Of a DNA stretch of 33,951 bases, positions 28,016 to 33,951 are shown piece by piece (positions within the stretch are counted from its first letter, which is position 1; the number at the start of each line of letters is the position of its first letter). The stretch covers positions 1-33,951 of the forward strand of contig JBBQFA010000002.1 in assembly GCA_038321515.1 (NCBI GenBank), given 5' to 3'. The stretch comes from Thermoleophilia bacterium. GTDB taxonomy: Bacteria > Actinomycetota > Thermoleophilia > UBA2241. Under the pieces are notes generated by a model. It was not told the DNA's origin, ran no database searches, and saw only the letters and a list, made by a program, of their open reading frames with translations. The position numbers were made by a program, and so were the translations under genes.

Positions 28016-30088
28016 TCAACCCTTGTGCGCTTCTTCCTTGTCCTTCTTGGCTTGGTCGACGATCTTCTGCGTGAGGTGGACGGGGACTTCTTCGTAGCGC
28101 AGGAACTCCATGTGGTAGTCGCCGCGCCCTCCCGTCATGGATGTGAGGTCCGGCGCGTAGCTCAACATCTCGGCAAGCGGCACCTCGGCGCCGACGACGT
28201 TGTTGTGGCCACGCGGGGTGGTGCCGAGCACGCGGCCGCGCCGCGAGTTGAGGTCGCCGATGATGTCGCCGACGTTCTCGTCGGGCACGGTGATCTCGAC
28301 GTTCATGATCGGCTCGAGCAGCACCGGTTGCGCCTTCTCGCAGGCCGCCTTGAAGCCGATGGACCCGGCGATCTGAAAGGCCATGTCGCTCGAGTCGACG
28401 GGGTGGTACTTGCCGTCGTACAGCTTCACGTGGACGTCGACCACCGGGTAGCCGGCGAGAAAGCCCTCGGCCATGGCCGCGTGCACGCCCTTCTCTACCG
28501 CGGGGATGAAGTTGCGCGGGATGGCGCCACCGACGATCTTGTTGACGAACTCGAAGCCGCCGCCGCGCGGCTGCGGCATGACCTCGATCCAGGTGTCGGC
28601 GAACTGGCCGCGGCCGCCGGTCTGCTTCTTGTGCTTGCCTTCGGCTTTGGCCGAACCCTTGATGGTCTCGCGGTAAGGCACCCGCGGCGGCTTGAGCTCG
28701 ACCTCGACGCCGAAGCGGCGCTTGAGGCGCTCCACGGTGACCTCGACGTGCACCTGACTCATGCCGCCGACGATCATCTCGCCGGTCTGGTCGTCGTGGT
28801 GCACCTCGAGCATCGGGTCTTCTTCCGAGAGACGTCGCATCGCCGTGATGACCTTGTCCTCTTCGCCCTTGCTCTTGGCGCTGATCGCGAAGCTCATGAG
28901 CGGCGCCGGGAAGGCGATGGCGGGGAAGCTCACGGCGTCGGCGTCGGCGCACAGCGTGTCGCCGGTGACGACCTCCTTGAGCTTGGCGATCGCGCCGATG
29001 TCGCCGGCGCCGACCGCTCCCGTCTGCTTGTTGTCTTTGCCCATGGTATTGAGCAGCTGGCCGATGCGCTCCTTGTGGGCGCCGCGCGAGTCGAACATCT
29101 GCGTGTCGCTGCTGACCGTGCCCTGGAACACGCGGAAGACGTTGACGTGGCCGCTGAACGGGTCGGCCAGTGTCTTGAACACGAAGGCGACCGCCGGCTC
29201 GGAGGGGTCGCACACGAGCTGGACCTCGGACTCGCCGCGTAGAGCGGCCGGCGGCGTCACGTCGGCCGGCGACGGTGCCAGTGCGAGGACGTCGAAGAGA
29301 CGATCGACGCCGATGTTGGCGGTCGCGGAGACACAGGCCACCGGGAACAACTGGGCGGCGGCGACGGCGGCGGCGAACGCCGCATTCAATTCCGCCGCCG
29401 TGATCTCCTCTTCCATCAGGTACTTCTCGGCGAGGTCGTCGTCGGTGCTCGCCACGGCGTCGATGAGCTTGTCGCGGGCGGCCGCGGCGGCGGCGACCAG
29501 CTCGACCGGGATATCGGCCTCGCTGCACGCGCCGCCCTGGTAGGTGCAGGCCTTCATGGCCAGCAGGTCGACGATGCCGGAGAACTCGTGCTCCTTGCCG
29601 ATGGGAAGCTGGACGGCGACGACTTGGGCCCCGAACGCCGCTTGCAGCGCGCCGAGTGCGTGATCGAAGTCGGCGCGCTCGCGGTCGAGCATGTTGCAGA
29701 CGATCACCCGGCCGAGGCCGCGCGCGTCCGCACGGTCCCACATGCGCTCGGTCTGCACCTGGACGCCGAGCACGGTGTTGACGACGACCAGCGCCGTCTC
29801 GACCACCTGCACCGCCGCGATCGCGTCGGCGGCGAAGCTCGGGTCGCCGGGCGTGTCGATGAGGTTGAACGAGAGGCCGCCACGGTCGACGTGCGCCAGG
29901 CCCGCCGACAGGCTCATCTGGCGCTTCTTCTCGTCGTCGTCCCAGTCGGAGACCGTGGTGCCATCGGAGACGGAGCCTAGACGGGTGATCGCCCCGGCGC
30001 CGAACAGAAGCGCCTCGAACAGCGACGTCTTGCCGGTACCGCGGTGGCCGACGAGAGCGATGTTCCTGATCTTGCCTGGGTCGTTCAT
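28016..30088 (-). CDS. Elongation factor G paralogue (EF-G II / EF-G2-like), standalone
   Basis: Full five-domain EF-G architecture. G1 is IALVGHRGTGKTS. Domain IV/V motifs are YRETI, KKQTGGRGQFADTW, GGAIPRNFIPAVEKG, YHPVDSSDMAFQIAGS and LLEPIMNVEITVP. ATG at 30088 (MNDPGKIRNIALVGH) is preceded by GAGGAG. It is not flanked by rpsL/rpsG/tuf. Confidence 0.9.
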   Translation of the reverse strand: MNDPGKIRNIALVGHRGTGKTSLFEALLFGAGAITRLGSVSDGTTVSDWDDDEKKRQMSLSAGLAHVDRGGLSFNLIDTPGDPSFAADAIAAVQVVETALVVVNTVLGVQVQTERMWDRADARGLGRVIVCNMLDRERADFDHALGALQAAFGAQVVAVQLPIGKEHEFSGIVDLLAMKACTYQGGACSEADIPVELVAAAAAARDKLIDAVASTDDDLAEKYLMEEEITAAELNAAFAAAVAAAQLFPVACVSATANIGVDRLFDVLALAPSPADVTPPAALRGESEVQLVCDPSEPAVAFVFKTLADPFSGHVNVFRVFQGTVSSDTQMFDSRGAHKERIGQLLNTMGKDNKQTGAVGAGDIGAIAKLKEVVTGDTLCADADAVSFPAIAFPAPLMSFAISAKSKGEEDKVITAMRRLSEEDPMLEVHHDDQTGEMIVGGMSQVHVEVTVERLKRRFGVEVELKPPRVPYRETIKGSAKAEGKHKKQTGGRGQFADTWIEVMPQPRGGGFEFVNKIVGGAIPRNFIPAVEKGVHAAMAEGFLAGYPVVDVHVKLYDGKYHPVDSSDMAFQIAGSIGFKAACEKAQPVLLEPIMNVEITVPDENVGDIIGDLNSRRGRVLGTTPRGHNNVVGAEVPLAEMLSYAPDLTSMTGGRGDYHMEFLRYEEVPVHLTQKIVDQAKKDKEEAHKG

Positions 30089-30201
30089 CCGGGGTCTCCT
30101 CGTGTGTCTTTCGCCGGCCAAACGCGCGCGGGCGCTCGAGCGACCGGTGGTGTCCTGTCGGAAGGATGGAGTCTAGCACAGGGCCCGGCGATCCACGCGC
30201 C

Positions 30202-31470
30202 TCAGGCGGGCTCGGCAAAGGCGGGCTCGGCGGCAGCGGCAGGCTCGTCCGCGGCGGGCACGCTGGGGTGAAACGACTGCGCCGGCGACTCGCGTTCGAG
30301 GTGGCTGCGAGCGAGGGCACCGCCGGCCAGGGCGAGCGCCGTGAAGCCGTACTTCTCGCGCACCCGGTCGACGGCCTCGCCGAGCGCCACCTCGCGCCAG
30401 CCGTCGTCGAGGGTGAGCTGAAAGGCGTTGTGGTTGAAGCCGCTGACGCTCACTCCGACGAGGCGCACCCAGCGGGCGCCGACATCGAGCTCGTCGAGCA
30501 GCGCCGCGGCCGTCTCGTAGAGAGGCCGCGCGGCGCTGACCGGCCGCGCCAGCGTGCGCCGCCGGCTCACGGTGTGGAACGTGTTGAACCGCACTTTGAG
30601 CGCCACGGTACGCGCCGCCAGCCCTTTGCGGCGCAGTTCGGCGACGGCGTGATCGGTGAGCGAGAGCAGCGTGGCCCGCAGCAGTTCGAGGTCGTTGACG
30701 TCATCGCCGAAGGTGACCTCGCGGCCGACCGACTTCGGCAGCGGCTGCTCGCTGCGCACCGGCGAGAAACTGCTCCCCAGGGCGAGCTGGCGCAGGCCGT
30801 GGGCGCCGCGGCCGAAGGCTGCGGCGAGCAGCGGCAAGGGGACGTCCTGCAGCATCCCGACCGTGGTCAAACCAAGGGCGGCGAGCCGCTCCTGCGTGAC
30901 CGGCCCGATGCCGCAGACATCGCCCACCGGCAGGTCGCGCAGACGACCGTGGACGTCGGCGGTGGTGAGCTCGCCGACGCCGGCCGGTTTGTGGAGGCCG
31001 GTGGCCAGCTTGGCCAGCAGCTTCGTGGGCCCGATGCCGATGGAGCAGGTGACGGCATGGGCGTCGTACACCTGCTCCTGGATGCGGTGGGCGATGGTCC
31101 GCGGCGGGCCGAACAGCCGGCGGCTGCCGGTGACGTCGAGGTAGGCCTCATCGATGGACGCCACCTCGACGAGGTCGGTGTACCGCCCGAGCAGCTCGAC
31201 CAGAGAGCGATGCACGGCCAGATAGGCCTGCATGTCGACCGGCAGAAAGACCCCGTGCGGGCAGAGCCGCTCGGCCTGCGTGATAGGCAGCGCGCTGTGC
31301 ACTCCGTAGGCGCGCGCCTCATACGAACAGGCCGACACCACCCCACGGCCGCCGCGCTCGCCGCCGACGATCACCGGCAGGCCGCTAAGCTCCGGGCGCC
31401 GCGCCTGCTCGACCGAGGCGAAGAAGGCGTCCATGTCGAGATGCAGGATTGCTCGGCTTGATACGAACAT
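30202..31470 (-). CDS. dinB: DNA polymerase IV (Y-family translesion polymerase)
   Basis: 422 aa. ILHLDMDAFFASVEQ and SIDEAYLDVT (catalytic acidic residues), with little-finger domain length. A LexA box overlaps the start codon. Confidence 0.93.
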   Translation of the reverse strand: MFVSSRAILHLDMDAFFASVEQARRPELSGLPVIVGGERGGRGVVSACSYEARAYGVHSALPITQAERLCPHGVFLPVDMQAYLAVHRSLVELLGRYTDLVEVASIDEAYLDVTGSRRLFGPPRTIAHRIQEQVYDAHAVTCSIGIGPTKLLAKLATGLHKPAGVGELTTADVHGRLRDLPVGDVCGIGPVTQERLAALGLTTVGMLQDVPLPLLAAAFGRGAHGLRQLALGSSFSPVRSEQPLPKSVGREVTFGDDVNDLELLRATLLSLTDHAVAELRRKGLAARTVALKVRFNTFHTVSRRRTLARPVSAARPLYETAAALLDELDVGARWVRLVGVSVSGFNHNAFQLTLDDGWREVALGEAVDRVREKYGFTALALAGGALARSHLERESPAQSFHPSVPAADEPAAAAEPAFAEPA

Positions 31471-31480
31471 ATGTTCGTAT
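31461..31480 (-). promoter_or_regulatory. LexA (SOS / Cheo-type) operator, a perfect 20-bp palindrome
   Basis: ATACGAACATATGTTCGTAT is fully self-complementary (20 of 20). The core CGAACATATGTTCG fits the Gram-positive/actinobacterial GAAC-N4-GTTC LexA box. It covers the dinB ATG (31470-31468) and touches the predicted -10. It is the only such box I found in the window. Confidence 0.75.
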
Positions 31481-31508
31481 CTTACTCCCGACGCAGACAG
31501 ATGGTCAA
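31479..31508 (-). promoter_or_regulatory. Predicted dinB promoter (TTGACC, 18 nt, TAAGAT), implying a leaderless or near-leaderless transcript
   Basis: Minus strand reads TTGACC (31508-31503), an 18-nt spacer, then TAAGAT (31484-31479). Only 8 nt separate the -10 from the ATG, so the expected transcription start falls at or just before the start codon. Confidence 0.5.
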
Positions 31509-31521
31509 CGCGAAGTCGCGA

Positions 31522-32040
31522 CTATTGCGCGCGGCGCCCGAAATCGACGGTGTACATGATCACCCTCGAGACGCCGCGGAAGGTCCCGCGCGCGCAGCCG
31601 ACACCGACGTCGCGCCAGCGGGGATCAAGGATGACGCGACGATGGGCGCTCGAGCGCATCCAGCCCCGAAAGATGCTCTGAGGGGTGCCGCGATACGCCT
31701 TTCCAAGGGCGATCACCTCTCCGAGCGCCCAATACGAGCTTCCGCGGCCGGAGTACCCCGTGCGGCGGGCCCTGGTGCCGACACCCCCACCGGACAGCGA
31801 CGCGTGCCCGAAGTAGTCGCGCGCGAGCATGTCCCGTGAGTGCGAGAAGGCCGCGCGATTGAGCGTGGCCGCAGTCTCGAGCGGCCGCAGACCGCGCTGC
31901 ACGCGAGCATGATTGACCGATTGGACCATGGTGCGCTCGTTGGCACACCGGTTGAAGGCGGCGGCAGGCGCGACCGCAGCGACCCCCATCGCGAAGGTGA
32001 GGATCAGCGCGGCGATCGTCGCTCGAATCAGTCTGGGCAC
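31522..32040 (-). CDS. Secreted CAP / SCP / PR-1-like (YkwD-like) domain protein
   Basis: GTG at 32040 is preceded by GGGGAGGACCTT. Signal-peptide-like N-terminus VPRLIRATIAALILTFAMGVAAVAPAAA. The remainder is NHARVQRGLRPL...SHSRDMLARDYFGH...GEVIALG...WMRSSAHRRVILDPRWRDVGVG, typical of bacterial CAP-domain proteins. Confidence 0.72.
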   Translation of the reverse strand: MPRLIRATIAALILTFAMGVAAVAPAAAFNRCANERTMVQSVNHARVQRGLRPLETAATLNRAAFSHSRDMLARDYFGHASLSGGGVGTRARRTGYSGRGSSYWALGEVIALGKAYRGTPQSIFRGWMRSSAHRRVILDPRWRDVGVGCARGTFRGVSRVIMYTVDFGRRAQ

Positions 32041-32093
32041 AAGGTCCTCCCCGGGGTGGTCGGGCGTTCCGGCTTCATTCTGCGCGAGGCCGC

Positions 32094-32441
32094 CTAGCCC
32101 TCTCCGCCGAGTCGCATCCGCGGGACGTCGCCCCACAGGGTCTCTAGCCGGTAGAACTCGCGCGCCGTCGTCGTGAACACGTGGACGACGACATCGAAGT
32201 AGTCGATCAGGATCCACTCCGCATCGCGGTCGCCCTCGACCCGTGCCGGTCGCCGACGCGGTCTCAGCTTGAGCACCACTTCGTCGGCAATGGCCTTGGT
32301 CTGACGGGTGTTGGCGCCGGTGACGACGACGAAGAAGTCCGTGTAGCTCACTGCCTCGCCCATCTGCAGGACGACGATGTCCTCAGCCTTCTTGCCGGCG
32401 GCAAGAGCAGCGATGTCAAGCGCCAGACGCTCGGCGTTCAT
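32094..32441 (-). CDS. rsfS: Ribosome silencing factor RsfS (iojap-like)
   Basis: 115 aa. KKAEDIVVLQMGEAVSYTDFFVVVTGANTRQTKAIADEV and WILIDYFDVVVHVF match the RsfS family. Confidence 0.92.
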   Translation of the reverse strand: MNAERLALDIAALAAGKKAEDIVVLQMGEAVSYTDFFVVVTGANTRQTKAIADEVVLKLRPRRRPARVEGDRDAEWILIDYFDVVVHVFTTTAREFYRLETLWGDVPRMRLGGEG

Positions 32442-32458
32442 GAGTTCGGCGTGGGCGG

Positions 32459-33619
32459 CTACGGCTGATCCTTGGACGCTGGTTTCTCGGCCTTGAAGTC
32501 GGCCCCGACGATGACCTCGACCGTCGCCGACGGGAGGTCGGCACCGTCAAGGACGACGCCGCGGCCGAGTATAGCACGGATGTCCCGAGCCACCGGGAGG
32601 GTGTCGGGCCCCGCAAGGATCTGGGTCTGACGATAGTCGAAGCTGTCCGCATTGACTGGGGCGGGACGGTTCACGTCGAGGCTGGAGAGGCGCTCCAGAA
32701 CGGCTTCGCCCACGCCTATGCGGCCGCTGCCGTTACGCACGCGCACGGTCACGTCGGCGTGGTACTCGGGGGCGCGCCGGGTGATCGCCGCCATGATGCC
32801 CTCGGGGTCGGGCACGAACGCGAACTGCCCCTCGGCGACCCGAGAGTTCGAGGGGAACCTCTCGACCGTGGCGGCGCCCGAGGCCATCCGCGCGACAACC
32901 TCCGCGAGCCCCGGACCCGTCGCCGGCGACGGCGTCGCCCCGCCGCCGGCAGGCCGCTCCCTCACGCCGGCCGGGCGCAGGGCGGCAGCCTGAAGCGCCG
33001 ACTCGACGAGTGCGACCTGCAGGGCGGCGCTGTCGCGACGATCGCCGCCCGTGGCCGAGAAGATATCCGGCAGGTCGGCGGTGTCGACCAGCGCCCCATC
33101 TTTGTAGACCCGCGTGCCGGAGGCGAGTTCGATGGTCACCGGCTGCTCGAGCTTCACGGCGAGCTCACCGCTGCCGGCCCACTCCCCGAGAGAGGCGGCC
33201 GGGACACGGTGGACCGCATCGATGGGCGCCCTCACGACACGGGCAAGATCGTCTTTGAGCGTGCCGGCCGCCATCGCATCCGCGGCGAACACGTACTCCC
33301 CGTTCGGCCCCTCGAGCAGCAGGTCAGGCGAGATCAGGTAGACGCTCGGGTCGCTCCCGACCGCATCCTGCACCACGAGAACGGCCGCCACCGGGTCGCT
33401 CTGGCCGGGGACCGTGAGCTCCAGGGCGGCGAGATACCCCTTGCGTTCGCTCGGCGCTTCTTTACCCGACCAGCGGTCGGCGAGGTACCACGCCCCGAAC
33501 ACGGCGGCAAACGCCACGGCTCCGGCGAGCACGTAGAGGAGCCAGGCCTGCGAGCGCTCGACGGACGAGCGCCGACGGCGGCGTAGGCGGTCGCTTCTGT
33601 AGCCCTTACGCTCCGGCAT
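32459..33619 (-). CDS. Membrane-anchored protein with a C-terminal LytR_C domain and a degenerate LCP-like middle region
   Basis: ATG at 33619 (MPERKGYRSDRLRRRRR), followed by one TM (AWLLYVLAGAVAFAAVFGAWYL). The C-terminus VTVRVRNGSGRIGVGEAVLERL...ILAGPD...VARDIRAILG...VEVIVGADF is the LytR_C pattern. It sits between yqeK and rsfS, as in many Actinomycetota. Confidence 0.7.
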   Translation of the reverse strand: MPERKGYRSDRLRRRRRSSVERSQAWLLYVLAGAVAFAAVFGAWYLADRWSGKEAPSERKGYLAALELTVPGQSDPVAAVLVVQDAVGSDPSVYLISPDLLLEGPNGEYVFAADAMAAGTLKDDLARVVRAPIDAVHRVPAASLGEWAGSGELAVKLEQPVTIELASGTRVYKDGALVDTADLPDIFSATGGDRRDSAALQVALVESALQAAALRPAGVRERPAGGGATPSPATGPGLAEVVARMASGAATVERFPSNSRVAEGQFAFVPDPEGIMAAITRRAPEYHADVTVRVRNGSGRIGVGEAVLERLSSLDVNRPAPVNADSFDYRQTQILAGPDTLPVARDIRAILGRGVVLDGADLPSATVEVIVGADFKAEKPASKDQP

Positions 33620-33951
33620 GGGTCTCGTTGTACAACGCAAGGGTCGCGGGCACCACCCCCCGGCCGCGGCCGATGATGTCGAGCAGGCTGAGACGGGCGG
33701 CCGCCGCCACGGCGTCGTCGAGAGATGCGCGCGCCAGGGCGCGGACTTCCTCGACGCCGGGGTGGTCGCGGCCCGGCTCGCAGTAGTCGGCGAGGTAGAG
33801 GCACTTCTCAAGCACGGTCATGCCGGGAGCTCCGACGGTGTGCAAGGCGATGGCCGCGGCGATCTCCGCGTCGAGCCCCGCCGCCGTAAGCTCGGCGGCG
33901 GCGACCGGCCCGTGCAGCACGTGCTTGGGTCGCCGCGCCTCCACCGGACCC
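33606..33951 (-). CDS. yqeK: HD-domain protein YqeK (bis(5'-nucleosyl)-tetraphosphatase family), partial (N-terminus lies beyond the right window edge)
   Basis: The frame stays open to the window edge. KHVLHGPVAA...AIALHTVGAPGMTVLEKCLYLADYCEPGR matches the C-terminal half of YqeK-type HD hydrolases (H...H..G...ADxxEPGR). Confidence 0.8.
   Translation of the reverse strand, partial: GPVEARRPKHVLHGPVAAAELTAAGLDAEIAAAIALHTVGAPGMTVLEKCLYLADYCEPGRDHPGVEEVRALARASLDDAVAAAARLSLLDIIGRGRGVVPATLALYNETHAGA

Noticed and set aside
27957-30320. A 787-aa minus-strand ORF in an alternative frame across the EF-G paralogue. Other out-of-frame same-strand ORFs include 7252-8196, 1945-2760, 15454-16227 and 2256-2918.
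   Set aside because: These are Arg/Pro/Gly-dominated translations with no motifs. They overlap frames that encode clearly conserved proteins, so they are GC-driven open frames and not overlapping genes.
31471-31839. A plus-strand ORF starting MFVSYSRRRQ immediately at the LexA palindrome, which could suggest a divergent SOS gene.
   Set aside because: Its start is only the mirror image of the dinB start created by the palindrome. The rest runs antisense through the CAP-domain gene and has Arg/Ala-rich composition with no motifs.

Overview
Very GC-rich chromosomal core region (about 70 percent GC by eye, not computed; third codon positions are mostly G/C) that looks like Actinomycetota. I can place 36 protein-coding genes. 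All are on the minus strand, tightly packed, and many have 4-nt stop/start overlaps (ATGA, GTGA, TTGA). Transcription order (right to left): yqeK (partial), LytR_C membrane protein, rsfS, secreted CAP-domain protein, dinB, standalone EF-G paralogue, pdxS, pdxT, yebC, ruvC, ruvA, ruvB, queH, queA, tgt, yajC, orphan ParA-like ATPase, ftsZ, scpA, scpB, rluB, aroH, hisC-like aminotransferase, aroF, tyrA, cmk, plsC, ispH, PDZ/radical-SAM DUF512 protein, der, plsY, gpsA, metK, priA, def, fmt (partial). I found no rRNA, tRNA, CRISPR array, transposase, integrase or phage genes, and no defence-island signature. All gene calls rest on motifs I recognised by eye in the supplied translations, on start codons and Shine-Dalgarno sequences I checked by hand, and on synteny; no database search was possible. 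Many ORF-track entries start too far upstream, inside the preceding gene, so I trimmed them. Verdict: this is mostly ordinary housekeeping DNA and I see no clearly novel multi-gene system. The items most worth a second look are: (1) ftsZ sits outside any dcw context, is translationally coupled to an orphan ParA-like ATPase, and is followed by scpAB; (2) a standalone EF-G II-type paralogue with degenerate GTPase motifs; (3) a perfect 20-bp LexA-box palindrome covering the dinB start codon, with a good promoter that implies a leaderless mRNA; (4) a perfect 17-bp inverted repeat that places the priA start codon in its loop just after metK; (5) a promoter plus a structured leader of about 120 nt upstream of metK; (6) an uncharacterised radical-SAM/DUF512 gene embedded in a phospholipid and isoprenoid gene block around der.
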